Shown here piece after piece: positions 1 to 9,774 of a DNA stretch of 59,388 nucleotides. The position numbers and the translations under genes are program-made. The notes under the pieces are model-generated. The model made no database searches. It saw only the letters and a list, made by a program, of their open reading frames with translations, and was not told the origin of the DNA. The stretch covers positions 1-59,388 of IMG/VR virus record IMGVR_UViG_3300037245_003140, one strand, 5' to 3'. The stretch is from a virus (taxonomy: Duplodnaviria > Caudoviricetes). The stretch's first letter is position 1. Every line of letters begins with the position of its first letter.

Positions 1-127
1 AAGTGAAAGAGCGGGAATTATTTCCAAGGCGGCAGAGGATGCAAAAGAAGCTGAAAAGCTTGCAAAGGCAAATGAGGAGACTTTCACGTCCAATAGTGGG
101 CAAGTAATCATGAAGTCAGAGCATGGC
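1..127. repeat. Terminal direct repeat (circular assembly overlap), left copy
   Basis: Bases 1-127 are identical to 59262-59388; 127 is a common assembler k-mer size. Confidence 0.95.
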
Positions 128-556
128 GAATCAACTTTTAGAATCCTCAAAGATCAAGATGAGCAGATCAAAAAGGGTGCCGAGGATGTAAAGATTGAGA
201 AAGAAAAAAGAGAGATTCAGGAATTTTCTAAAAGAGCAGAAGATCTCTTTCCAAACCTTCCAGGTGACCCTATGAAAAAAGGTCAAATTCTCAAGTCAAT
301 TGAGGAAATGACAGACAAAGACGCTGCTGCAACCATGATGGCTATGTTGAAGTCAGGGAACGAAACCAACTCTGTTTTATTTAAAGAATTGGGCGTGGAT
401 GGCGATGGTGATGTCGGTTCTGATGCTGAATCAAAGCTAAATAAAATGGCTGAAGAAATCGCAAAAGTTAAAAAAATAACCTTCGCAAAGGCATATGTTG
501 AAGCCCTTGCAACCGAAGAAGGTGCGGATCTTTACGAAGAAATTGGAGGTAAATAA
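1..556 (+). CDS. 3' part of putative scaffold/head-assembly protein that starts at 58735 and crosses the junction
   Basis: 58735-59261 (527 nt) plus 1-556 gives 1083 nt in one open frame (360 aa). Charged and helical; lies between the prohead protease and the capsid genes. Confidence 0.75.
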   Translation, partial: SERAGIISKAAEDAKEAEKLAKANEETFTSNSGQVIMKSEHGESTFRILKDQDEQIKKGAEDVKIEKEKREIQEFSKRAEDLFPNLPGDPMKKGQILKSIEEMTDKDAAATMMAMLKSGNETNSVLFKELGVDGDGDVGSDAESKLNKMAEEIAKVKKITFAKAYVEALATEEGADLYEEIGGK

Positions 557-939
557 TGTCATATGAAGAGAGTTTAAAATGTATAAGCTTACCAGCTTCG
601 GCGGATTTATCTGCCTCTCAGTATAAGTTGGTAGACGTGGCATCAGATGGGGAAATAGCAATTATCACCTCAAAAGGTGCAAAATTTGCCGGTGTTCTCC
701 AGGATGCCCCGGATGCGGTTGGAAGAGTCGGCGCTGTCGGTATTGACGGAGTTACAAAGGTTAGAGCAGGAGCAGCAGTTACGGCAGGGGCGAATGTAAT
801 AGGAGACGCTACAGCAAGGGTAATTGCGACCGATGCGACAGATCAGTTTGTTTTGGGACTGGCCCTTGAAACTGCAACCGCAGCCGATGACGTTATCGCT
901 GTTTTAATTGACAAGTTTCAAACATCAGTAACCGCATAG
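556..939 (+). CDS. Capsid cement/decoration protein (DUF2190-like)
   Basis: 127 aa, Gly/Ala/Val-rich (GVLQDAP, GVTKVRAGAAV, GLALETATAADDVIAVL); directly upstream of the major capsid gene. Confidence 0.75.
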   Translation: MSYEESLKCISLPASADLSASQYKLVDVASDGEIAIITSKGAKFAGVLQDAPDAVGRVGAVGIDGVTKVRAGAAVTAGANVIGDATARVIATDATDQFVLGLALETATAADDVIAVLIDKFQTSVTA

Positions 940-946
940 GAGGCGT

Positions 947-1936
947 GTGATGGGAAGAATAATTAAATATGCCCCTCTTAAGGGCGATGTACATGTTAAC
1001 ACCCCACTGAGCAATGTATCAGTGGCTTTTCTGCAGGATGCTGAGAATTTTGTAGCCGGCAAAGTCTTTAAAAATATTCCGTCTACAAAGCAGTCTGATA
1101 GATATTTCGTATATGATCGAGGTGAGTTTGCGCGTGACCAGATGAAATTAAGGGCGATGGGAACGGAATCAGCTGGCGGTAGTTATGACATCGATAATAC
1201 ACCAAACTTTTTTTGTGATCCTTACGCGATTCACAAAGATGTTCCTGACCAATTAAGAGGCAATGCTGACGATGCCATTTCTCTTGATTCTGAGGCTACG
1301 GAATGGTGCACAGAGCAATCCCTGATTCGAAAAGAAAAGATCTTTGCAGCAAAATATTTTGTTACCGGTTTATGGGGAACAAGCCAGACAACCTCTAATT
1401 GGGGCCCATCCGGTACAGCTACAGACCCTAATACAGATATAAGGGCTGGGAAAACCAGTATACTACTTAAAACAGGTAAAAGAGCTAACACTTTAGTTTT
1501 AGGGCAAAATGTATACGATGCTCTTGCTGACAATGCAGATGTTATTGAGCGTGTTAATGCAGGTCAGACACCAAACGGTCCTGCCGTGGGAACAATTAAC
1601 GCTATGCGCCAGTTGTGGGAGATCGACAATATATATGTTATGGCTGCTTCTGAGAATACAGCTAAAGAAGGTCAAGACCCTTCCTATAGCTTTATAGGCG
1701 CAGACAATGCTCTTCTTTGCTATTCTGCCCCACGTCCTGGAAGAATGACCGCTTCGGCTGGCTATACATTCTCATGGACTGGGTATCTTGGAGCAGGTGC
1801 AGAGGGTGGTAGAATAAAATCGTTTTACATGAAGAGCTTATCGGCTGATAGAATTGAGATGGAAATGGCATTTGATATGAAGCTTATTGCCGCAGACCTT
1901 GGGTATTTCTTTCTTACTCCAATTACTTCAGCTTAA
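947..1936 (+). CDS. Major capsid protein
   Basis: 329 aa with the N-terminal HVNTPLSNVSVAF motif seen in lambda-E-like capsid proteins; GGAGG RBS; expected position in the head module. Confidence 0.85.
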   Translation: MMGRIIKYAPLKGDVHVNTPLSNVSVAFLQDAENFVAGKVFKNIPSTKQSDRYFVYDRGEFARDQMKLRAMGTESAGGSYDIDNTPNFFCDPYAIHKDVPDQLRGNADDAISLDSEATEWCTEQSLIRKEKIFAAKYFVTGLWGTSQTTSNWGPSGTATDPNTDIRAGKTSILLKTGKRANTLVLGQNVYDALADNADVIERVNAGQTPNGPAVGTINAMRQLWEIDNIYVMAASENTAKEGQDPSYSFIGADNALLCYSAPRPGRMTASAGYTFSWTGYLGAGAEGGRIKSFYMKSLSADRIEMEMAFDMKLIAADLGYFFLTPITSA

Positions 1937-1955
1937 TTAAATAACGGAGGATACA

Positions 1956-2465
1956 ATGAGTTTAACCAGTAAAAAAGAACCTGTTATCGCCCTTGGTAGC
2001 TTTAGGTATAGAGGACGAAGCTATAAGGAGGGCAGCTATCTTGACCGAAGACGGTGCAGGATGCCACAGAGTAAGTTAAACCGTATGATCCTTTTTGGGA
2101 AAGTTACAATGGCAAGAGATCTTACACCCGACCAACTTAAAGATTATGGTTGGGTGTATGATCCCCTTCAACCAAGAATTAAATTGATTAAAATCAAGAG
2201 AACAACACAAGAGAAGAACCAACGAATTATTAACGAGCTTATGAAAGAAGGTCCAGAGCCTAACGAAACAGAAGCTCTTGGTACCACCACATCTGAAATG
2301 TCGATGGAAGATCCAACATCACCAAAAAAGCCAAAATACCACATATATGATCGTGGTAATAAGTGGTTTGATGTTATGGAAGGTGAAAAGTTCATTAAAA
2401 AAAGAGTGAGAAAAAAATCAGCTGTAGAAGTTTTGAAAGAGCTTGAAGGTGGCAAAAATGGCTAA
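1956..2465 (+). CDS. Hypothetical head-module protein
   Basis: GGAGG RBS; directly follows the capsid gene. Confidence 0.55.
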   Translation: MSLTSKKEPVIALGSFRYRGRSYKEGSYLDRRRCRMPQSKLNRMILFGKVTMARDLTPDQLKDYGWVYDPLQPRIKLIKIKRTTQEKNQRIINELMKEGPEPNETEALGTTTSEMSMEDPTSPKKPKYHIYDRGNKWFDVMEGEKFIKKRVRKKSAVEVLKELEGGKNG

Positions 2466-3018
2466 AAGAATGATTGCGGCGGATGGTACTCAAAGGTTCC
2501 CGCTATTGGATGACTCAAACAATTCTCAAATAACTGTGGATTTAGCACATTTCAAATTACACCACGGAGATTCATTTGTTGTAACTGATATAGTGGAGTC
2601 ACTCACAACAACAAAAAAATGGATGTTAACCACAGCGGATAGCCTCTCTCTGCCCCACATGATTTTCGATGACAATACTACCGGAGAAAGCTCGATAATA
2701 ATCACAGAAGGTGGGGACAGGATAGGCACCACCTCAATCATACCAGTAAACAGGAACAGATCATCAGCCAACACTACAGGGGTTGTAGTACACAGAGACG
2801 TGAGTGGTGGAACGACTGATGGGGATGTAGTAATATATAGCAATAGGAAAGGATCAACAGGGAACCCCTCAAGAGGCCAAACCCCAGGAGCCCCAAGGGG
2901 TATTCAAGAGTTTGTCTTAAAACCAGACACAAAATATCTAATAGCCGTGACAACGTATGCGGATGTTTTCACAACCCTTGATCTAAATTGGTACGATAAT
3001 GTCAAAAGGACTGGATAA
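2458..3018 (+). CDS. Hypothetical virion protein
   Basis: ATG at 2458 overlaps the end of the previous gene; Thr/Gly-rich sequence within the structural operon. Confidence 0.5.
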   Translation: MAKRMIAADGTQRFPLLDDSNNSQITVDLAHFKLHHGDSFVVTDIVESLTTTKKWMLTTADSLSLPHMIFDDNTTGESSIIITEGGDRIGTTSIIPVNRNRSSANTTGVVVHRDVSGGTTDGDVVIYSNRKGSTGNPSRGQTPGAPRGIQEFVLKPDTKYLIAVTTYADVFTTLDLNWYDNVKRTG

Positions 3019-3030
3019 TAGAGGTTTCTA

Positions 3031-3456
3031 ATGGCTGCAACAGAAGAGCAATTAAGATTATTATTGAATGACAATGGGGTTGTAGAGATACTTTCCTCAA
3101 CCGATTACGCTTTGATAATAGGCATTGAAAGTAATGTATATGCTGCAGCTTCATTGGGGGCATCAACAATTGCTGCAAAATTTGCCCTGAAAGTCAGTAC
3201 AACGACCGCGCCTGTAAAGATTGCACACCAGCAAAAATTTGATCATTATATGACCCTTGAAAAAACATATAATCAGAAAGCCGATGCAGGAAAAGGCGTT
3301 GATGAATCAGAAATTTCCGGTAATGAAGGTTTACCAATCCTTACAGGTGCTAAGAATTCAGATATTGCAGCAGCGAGAGAAGATACAGACAGGTATCAAG
3401 AAACTTTTTACCGTGGGATGAATGATAATCCCGGAACTTACCCGGGAGATAATTAA
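3031..3456 (+). CDS. Head-tail adaptor
   Basis: Size, synteny and the LRLLLND...NVYAAA...IAAKFA pattern. Confidence 0.6.
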   Translation: MAATEEQLRLLLNDNGVVEILSSTDYALIIGIESNVYAAASLGASTIAAKFALKVSTTTAPVKIAHQQKFDHYMTLEKTYNQKADAGKGVDESEISGNEGLPILTGAKNSDIAAAREDTDRYQETFYRGMNDNPGTYPGDN

Positions 3457-3842
3457 TGGGCAATGCAGACTTAGCAGTAGACCTAATCCAAGCTGTTGCT
3501 GATAACATGGCAGAGGTTGGAACAACAAGAATACTCAGGTTATTAACTGAAAGCGCTATTGATATTAACGACCCTGGGGCGCCTCCGACAATTACCCTTG
3601 AAGATATTCCGATTGAATGCTTCTTGTTTGATTTTATTCAGGAATATATGCCTAATGCCAGCGTGATAAATGGCGGAACTATGGCCCTTTTAGATATGTC
3701 GGGATTAACAGAGGCTCAATACGATCAAATAGAACCAGGCAATGAAATTGTCGATGGTTCGGATGTGTTCAATATAATTTTAACAACAAAAATAGAAGCT
3801 GATGGTGTTCCAACAATGTTTATAGTCCAACTAAAGGGTTAA
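3456..3842 (+). CDS. Head closure/stopper protein
   Basis: 128 aa, TAATG-coupled to the adaptor gene; synteny. Confidence 0.55.
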   Translation: MGNADLAVDLIQAVADNMAEVGTTRILRLLTESAIDINDPGAPPTITLEDIPIECFLFDFIQEYMPNASVINGGTMALLDMSGLTEAQYDQIEPGNEIVDGSDVFNIILTTKIEADGVPTMFIVQLKG

Positions 3843-3843
3843 C

Positions 3844-4227
3844 ATGGCACAATCTGGCGACATAATGAAACAATTCATAAAATCAGTTGAAAAAGAAGCC
3901 ATAGGTCTTGTTTTAGATATACATGGCAACCTCGTTGAAGATACACCAGTTGATACGGGGTGGGCCGAAAATAACTGGTTACCGTCCGTTGCTGCTCCTA
4001 TTGATTCCACGGCAGGAACGAGAGAGAGCGTTGATACAGCACAGCAAAACGCAGGAATCGGGGAAATCTTAAGGTGGAGATTTGAACAGGGAAACGCTTT
4101 TTTATCAAACAATGTTCCTTATATTTCAAGGCTAAATGCAGGGAGTTCAGCACAAGCTCCAAGAATGTTTGTGGAGGCTGCTATTCAAAAAGGCGTGGCT
4201 AAGTTTGGAAAGGCTAAATTGAAATGA
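3844..4227 (+). CDS. HK97 gp10-family neck protein
   Basis: TPVDTG..NNW and NNVPYI.RLN.GSS.QAP..FVE motifs. Confidence 0.85.
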   Translation: MAQSGDIMKQFIKSVEKEAIGLVLDIHGNLVEDTPVDTGWAENNWLPSVAAPIDSTAGTRESVDTAQQNAGIGEILRWRFEQGNAFLSNNVPYISRLNAGSSAQAPRMFVEAAIQKGVAKFGKAKLK

Positions 4228-4649
4228 AGCTAATTGACGCCAGAAAAGCTATAACATCAAGGTATTTAACAGAGTTTGCCTTGTTGTATCCAGCTATTCC
4301 TATCTTCATTGACAACAAAGGGGATAGCAGCAAAGGCACAGCAGATAAAGGTGATTCATGGGTTAGGATAACAGTGATATCCACATCGCCAAATGGGCAA
4401 ACATTAGGGAAGCCAGGGAATCGAAAGTATAACAAATTAGGTTTTATAAACTGTCAAATATTCACCTCTATAAACCAGGGAACGAATGCTAACGACGAGA
4501 TGGCAGATGCGAGTAAAGAACTTTTTGAAGGTGTTAGTTTCGCCTCTAAATTATGGTGTTATGATGGAAGAGTTGAAACCATAGGGTCAGACGGTGAATT
4601 CTGGCAACAAAACGCAATTAATGTATTTGAATATGAATATACAAGATAA
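4224..4649 (+). CDS. Tail terminator protein
   Basis: 141 aa directly before the tail tube gene; WVRI and G.I..QIF..G.G patterns. Confidence 0.7.
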   Translation: MKLIDARKAITSRYLTEFALLYPAIPIFIDNKGDSSKGTADKGDSWVRITVISTSPNGQTLGKPGNRKYNKLGFINCQIFTSINQGTNANDEMADASKELFEGVSFASKLWCYDGRVETIGSDGEFWQQNAINVFEYEYTR

Positions 4650-4660
4650 GGAGACAACAG

Positions 4661-6133
4661 ATGGGTGGTAGAACATTAACAAATGCTTCAGGATGGCAGT
4701 TTTCGAGGGAAGAAACACTGGGAAGTCTTCCGGGATCTCCTGTGTGGAAAATATTGGAGCCTAATGATATATCAAGCTTCGGGGCTAGTATTACAAAAGT
4801 GGCCAGAAGTCCTATATCTAAGAACAGGCAGGAAGAAAAAGGAACAGTCACTGACCTTGATAGTGCGGCTGAATTTGCGGTAGATACCACCATGGACCTT
4901 ATTGAAGATGTCGCAGAGCCGTTTGTTTTTGCTAATTTTATTGGTCAAGAAAAAATGAAACCTACTGCAGCGACTGTTTCAGCTTACACAATACCTGCAG
5001 GGACGGCACACCCAGAAAATACATTGGTTGTTGGTTTCGGATTCTTTAACAGCGAAAATAACGGTCTAAAGCTTGTGGATTCTGGAAGCACAACAACAAG
5101 TGTGCCTGTAGTCGAAACACTTGTGGCTGAAACCCCTGCCACTGAAAAAAACGTATCCCTTGAAGTAGCCGGTTTTAGGTTTGCTTCTGGGGATCTCGAA
5201 GTTGATTCAAACGGTGACTTAATAACAACTGTTAAAGATCTTACAGAACTCGGTTTAATACCTGGACAAAGCTTATGGGTCGGTGGTGACGAAACTGCAA
5301 ATAGATTTGACACGGCTGAGGATCGTGGATATGCAAGAGTTGTCTCAGTGGTCACAAATAAAATAGTTTTAGAAAACAGGCAACAAGATTACACGTTGGA
5401 TGATGGAACAGGAAAACTAATCGACCTTTATTTCGGAAGATTTTTGAAAAATGTACCTGTAGGTGATGCAAATTATTTAGAGCAATCAATTCAATTTGAA
5501 GCTGCATATACCGACATAGAAGACCCTGGAGACGCTTACGAATATTCAGAAGGTGCATACTCAAACGTATGGGCCCTTGACCTTCCTTTAACCGACAAAT
5601 CCGTATCTACTATAGGGTATGTTGGGACAGATACTCCAATCCCAACCACTGTAAGAAGGACAAACGCAGCTACTCCGCTTGTCCCTGTTAAAACAACAGC
5701 TCTTAATACTTCTCAGGATATCGCAAGGTTGAGAATACAGGATGTTGATGAGAACGGAATCACCACTGATTTTAAGAGTGCGAATATAACACTTGATAAT
5801 GGTGTTTCCGGGGAAAAAGTATTAGGTATTTTAGGTCCTAAATATATGAACGTTTCTAATTTTAAAGTAGGCCTTGATTCCGAATTGTTATTCTCAAATA
5901 TAGCGGTCCCTGAGGCAATAAGAAACAATGAAACATTAGGTCTTGATTTCGCACTAAGAAACGAAGACGGGGCGGTTATGTTCGATATACCGAGCATGAC
6001 CCTTGAGGGTGGGGATAAGTCATTCCCTGTAAACGAATCAATTAACATATCAGTAACGGCAAATGCGTTTAGAGATGAAACATATGATGCGTCAATTATG
6101 ATTTCACTGTTTCCGTATGTGCCAGTATCTTAA
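4661..6133 (+). CDS. Major tail tube protein
   Basis: 490 aa; N-terminal LEPN..SSFG...VARSPI...RQ..KGTVTDLD pattern of siphophage tail tubes; no sheath gene present. Confidence 0.85.
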   Translation: MGGRTLTNASGWQFSREETLGSLPGSPVWKILEPNDISSFGASITKVARSPISKNRQEEKGTVTDLDSAAEFAVDTTMDLIEDVAEPFVFANFIGQEKMKPTAATVSAYTIPAGTAHPENTLVVGFGFFNSENNGLKLVDSGSTTTSVPVVETLVAETPATEKNVSLEVAGFRFASGDLEVDSNGDLITTVKDLTELGLIPGQSLWVGGDETANRFDTAEDRGYARVVSVVTNKIVLENRQQDYTLDDGTGKLIDLYFGRFLKNVPVGDANYLEQSIQFEAAYTDIEDPGDAYEYSEGAYSNVWALDLPLTDKSVSTIGYVGTDTPIPTTVRRTNAATPLVPVKTTALNTSQDIARLRIQDVDENGITTDFKSANITLDNGVSGEKVLGILGPKYMNVSNFKVGLDSELLFSNIAVPEAIRNNETLGLDFALRNEDGAVMFDIPSMTLEGGDKSFPVNESINISVTANAFRDETYDASIMISLFPYVPVS

Positions 6134-6152
6134 AATAAACTTGGAGTATAAA

Positions 6153-6623
6153 ATGGGTAATTTTTCACATTTAAAAAAATTAAGCGTCAAAGGTAAGACT
6201 GCGGAGTTTCCAATCTCATTAATAAGGTTTGAAAAAAAAAATGGGGATGAAATCGAAAACGTTTCTCCTGTTTTAATAGTCAGCCCAGCAACAAGTATTA
6301 ATAAACCCTACATTAATGCTGCTTTGAGGAAAATGAGCAAGAAGCTTAAGAGAGCTGCTAGCACTGGGATTGTTGGTAAATCTGAAAACGACGAACTTAG
6401 AAAAATATCAATCCAGCTATACCCTCAATATGTGATTGAGGGATGGGAGGATATGCCGGATTCAGATGGGAATTTTGTGGAGTTTACAGAAGAATCATGC
6501 AGGGATTTTTTAGAGGCATACCCTAAAGAGTTGATGGATGAACTTATTGATTTCTGTTCAAAAAATTCCAATTTTGCAGAAGTCCTTGACATGGAAAGTG
6601 CTGGTGAAATAGCAAAAAACTAA
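6153..6623 (+). CDS. Tail assembly chaperone (gpG-like)
   Basis: Lies between tail tube and tape measure genes; GGAG RBS before ATG 6153; ends GCA AAA AAC TAA. Confidence 0.85.
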   Translation: MGNFSHLKKLSVKGKTAEFPISLIRFEKKNGDEIENVSPVLIVSPATSINKPYINAALRKMSKKLKRAASTGIVGKSENDELRKISIQLYPQYVIEGWEDMPDSDGNFVEFTEESCRDFLEAYPKELMDELIDFCSKNSNFAEVLDMESAGEIAKN

Positions 6624-6961
6624 AAGCCCGGCTCATATGGGAACTTCGATATCATAAACAGAAGTTCTCAATTGATGCCGGGATTCGAAAGGGTCGCCCA
6701 CTTCCAAAATGGTATCTTGACGAACCAGATCTTATTTTAGGTGGGGAATTCTATTTAACAGCTTTTTACAACCTTAGTCCTGATCGTCACATAGGAGAGA
6801 TTCAAGGACCTATACCTTACACAAGCATAGCGTTGTATGCAGATAGAAGGGGCCTTGAAGAAGATGTAGCAGAAGCATTCGAGTATATTATTAGAATGAT
6901 AGACGACGAGTACTTAAAATGGTCAAAACCCAAAAAGACTTTAAAAAAAACAGGGAAGTAG
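6614..6961 (+). CDS. Tail assembly chaperone -1 frameshift extension (gpT-like), absent from the ORF track
   Basis: Slippery A AAA AAC at 6614-6620; the -1 frame is open (LKARLIWELRY...GPIPYTSIALYA...TGK) to TAG 6959-6961, abutting the tape measure ATG at 6962. Confidence 0.85.
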   Translation, partial: KKLKARLIWELRYHKQKFSIDAGIRKGRPLPKWYLDEPDLILGGEFYLTAFYNLSPDRHIGEIQGPIPYTSIALYADRRGLEEDVAEAFEYIIRMIDDEYLKWSKPKKTLKKTGK

Positions 6962-9412
6962 ATGGCTGATTTTAGAATTAGAATAATAGCCGATCCAAAA
7001 GGAGTTGTCCAAGGGGCTGATAAGGCTGATAAGGCTTTAAAGAAGGTTGAAAAATCCTCTAATAGTCTGGCCAGTTCCTTAAAGTCAGCTTTTGGGTTTC
7101 TGAGTGCCGGGTTGATTGTTAGAGAACTCGTAACTTTAATTGATACTTTTACCAACCTTCAAAACAGATTAAAAGTAGTAACAAAAGATGAAATAGCCCT
7201 AACCACAGCAACCGAAAACCTTTTTAAAATATCTCAAAGAACAAGGTCAAGTTTTGCCGGGTCGGTGGAGCTATATTCAAGGCTCGCTTTAGCCACAAAA
7301 GATCTTGGGACAGAATCTAAGGAATTAGAACAATTTACAGAATCTCTAAACAAAGCTGTTATTCTTTCCGGAGCTTCTGCGCGAGAAGCAAACGCCGGAA
7401 TTATTCAGTTATCTCAGGGTTTAGCATCAGGAACGTTAAGAGGTGACGAATTAAGGTCTGTCCTCGAACAATTACCAGTAGTGGCCGATGTCATCTCAAA
7501 GAGTCTGGGTATTACCCGTGGACAATTAAGAGAGATGGGTACTCAGGGAAAAATAACAGCCGAAGTTGTTTTAAAAGCTTTCAAAGAAGCTAGGGAAGAA
7601 CTTGATAAAAGATTTCTTAAAACAGTTCCGACTATTTCTCAATCATTCCAAGTCTTAAAAAATAACATGATTAAATTAACTGGGACTTTTGACAAAAATA
7701 CCGGGATAGCAGCTCAACTCTCAAAAGCAATCATGTTTTTGTCGGAAAACCTTGAAACGCTAACGAAAGTAACGGCAATATTTGCAACTATGCTAATCAC
7801 TGTTTTAGCAGGAAGAGCAATCCCGGCAGTAACATCGGCTTTTAACACATTAACAGCAGCCATACTCGCTAATCCTTTTGGGGCCGCTGTCGTAGCGATC
7901 ACGGCTTTAACATCTGCAATGTATCTATTCGGTGACTCTGTATCGATCCAAGAGGGGAAACTTGCCACATTAAGAGATGTAGCTGTAGCACTTTTTAATA
8001 AAATGCTTGAAACTTTCAAGGCTGTAGTTAGATATGTTAAAAAGAATTTTCCAGATGTCTCAGATGTTTTTGATCGAGTTTTTGGGGATATCGAGCTTAG
8101 TTTTAAAGGCATAGCCACATTAATACTAACTCCTATAGGCAGCGCAATTGGAATATTTAAAGGTTTTGCCGCTGTGGTAGGTGTTATATTTTCTGATGGA
8201 ATAGCAAAGGCAATACCAAGAGCTTTCAATTTAGCTTTTGTGTCTGCTATCAAATTGGTACAGATAGGCCTCAACAGTATGATAGGTCTTGCAAATAAAG
8301 CCTTAGCGATATTCGGTGAAAAGGGTTTTGCAAAAATAGATTTCGGCGCCAGTTTAGCAGCTAAAACATTAGAAGCAGAAGTCGCTCCAATGTTTGACGC
8401 ATTCAAAAAAGGATATGCTGAAGGTGCTGTTGGTGTCAATAACTTCATAAATGAGATTCAAGAAAACGCTGAAACTATTGCAATGATTAGAGAAGAGGCC
8501 AACGACCTTGCGTTATTCGAGCAAGAGGCATTCCAAGACGAAACACTAAAAAGTAAAAAAATATTTGACGGCAAAATGTCTCAAGCCGATTTAGCTCTCG
8601 CAAAGCAAAGAATGAAAAGCGCCACTAATCTCTTCGGAGTCCTAAGAGAAATAGGAGGCGTGGATAGTGCATTGGTAGATCTTAAAACCCAGTTATATGA
8701 AAGACAAGCCATAATAACAGATTCTTTAAGGCAAAATATTATAAGCGAACAAGAAGCCCTTAATATATCCCTTGCAGCTAGAAAGGATTATAACAATCAA
8801 TTAATGCAGCTTGAGCTACAAAAAGCTCAAATGATGACTCAGAGCTCTTCAAATATGTTCGGATCGCTTGCGGATATTTCCAGGAGTTTCGGAGGGGAGC
8901 AGAGTAAAACATACAAGAGGTTATTTGCACTTCAGAAAGCCTTTAGTCTTGCATCGTCACTTATAGCAATAACTACCGGTACAGCAAAAGCGATGGAGTT
9001 GGGATGGCCTGCAGGGTTGGCCGCTGCGGCTTCTGTTGCAGCTGCCGGAGCTAGTATAATAGCGAACTTAGCGTCAACTGATTATGCTGGGGCGTTCCAA
9101 AATGGTGGATCTTTCAGAGTTGGAGGCGATGGAGGAACAGACAGCCAAATGGTATCCTTTAAGGCATCACCCAACGAAACAGTATCAGTCACAACCCCGG
9201 GGCAGGAATCTGCCAAAAACAGAAGTAGTGTTCAGGTACAGCAACAGATTAAAATAGAAGTTATAAATAATAAACAAGACGTACAAGTCCAAACCCAAAC
9301 ACAAGCTGATGAGTTCGGAAATGCTGTTATATCAATTATGATAGATGCAATTCTCAGAAATAAGAATGGAGCCAGTAACGTAATTCAATCAGTTGCAAGA
9401 AGGAAAACATAA
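6962..9412 (+). CDS. Tape measure protein
   Basis: 816 aa; IQLSQGLASGTLRGDELRSVLEQ tape-measure motif; Ala-rich hydrophobic helices. Confidence 0.92.
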   Translation: MADFRIRIIADPKGVVQGADKADKALKKVEKSSNSLASSLKSAFGFLSAGLIVRELVTLIDTFTNLQNRLKVVTKDEIALTTATENLFKISQRTRSSFAGSVELYSRLALATKDLGTESKELEQFTESLNKAVILSGASAREANAGIIQLSQGLASGTLRGDELRSVLEQLPVVADVISKSLGITRGQLREMGTQGKITAEVVLKAFKEAREELDKRFLKTVPTISQSFQVLKNNMIKLTGTFDKNTGIAAQLSKAIMFLSENLETLTKVTAIFATMLITVLAGRAIPAVTSAFNTLTAAILANPFGAAVVAITALTSAMYLFGDSVSIQEGKLATLRDVAVALFNKMLETFKAVVRYVKKNFPDVSDVFDRVFGDIELSFKGIATLILTPIGSAIGIFKGFAAVVGVIFSDGIAKAIPRAFNLAFVSAIKLVQIGLNSMIGLANKALAIFGEKGFAKIDFGASLAAKTLEAEVAPMFDAFKKGYAEGAVGVNNFINEIQENAETIAMIREEANDLALFEQEAFQDETLKSKKIFDGKMSQADLALAKQRMKSATNLFGVLREIGGVDSALVDLKTQLYERQAIITDSLRQNIISEQEALNISLAARKDYNNQLMQLELQKAQMMTQSSSNMFGSLADISRSFGGEQSKTYKRLFALQKAFSLASSLIAITTGTAKAMELGWPAGLAAAASVAAAGASIIANLASTDYAGAFQNGGSFRVGGDGGTDSQMVSFKASPNETVSVTTPGQESAKNRSSVQVQQQIKIEVINNKQDVQVQTQTQADEFGNAVISIMIDAILRNKNGASNVIQSVARRKT

Positions 9413-9774
9413 TGGCTACATGGCCTTTTGATGATAACTATACGAATTTAAAGAAACGGATTATAAAACCGGCAAACCTACAAACGTCAAGTGCTGGCTA
9501 TACAATGTCGTTCCCTAAAGGGACTGTAAAAAAAAGAGCGTGGGTTATGGAGGTTTCTTTTTTATCTTTGGACCAAGCTGACGTCTTAGAGGCTTTTTTT
9601 GATGCAAATCAAGGATTAGGGTTTGACATTCAGAATCCTGACCCAAACCTTACAGGTTCTATAGGGGTTATTTTCGATCAGGACGAAATAGAATTAAAGT
9701 ATGTTGATGTGTCCCAAAATGGCACACCTACAAAAGGTGAATACAAGACTTCTATAAATGTGAGAGAAATATAA
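9412..9774 (+). CDS. Distal tail protein (lambda gpM-like)
   Basis: 120 aa after the tape measure gene; LEAFFDANQG..F pattern. Confidence 0.65.
   Translation: MATWPFDDNYTNLKKRIIKPANLQTSSAGYTMSFPKGTVKKRAWVMEVSFLSLDQADVLEAFFDANQGLGFDIQNPDPNLTGSIGVIFDQDEIELKYVDVSQNGTPTKGEYKTSINVREI

Noticed and set aside
1-127. Biological terminal repeat
   Set aside because: It is exactly 127 bp and falls in the middle of a gene, which fits an assembly overlap.
7714-8448. Long antisense ORFs over structural genes
   Set aside because: These are shadows of well-supported plus-strand genes and have no recognisable motifs.
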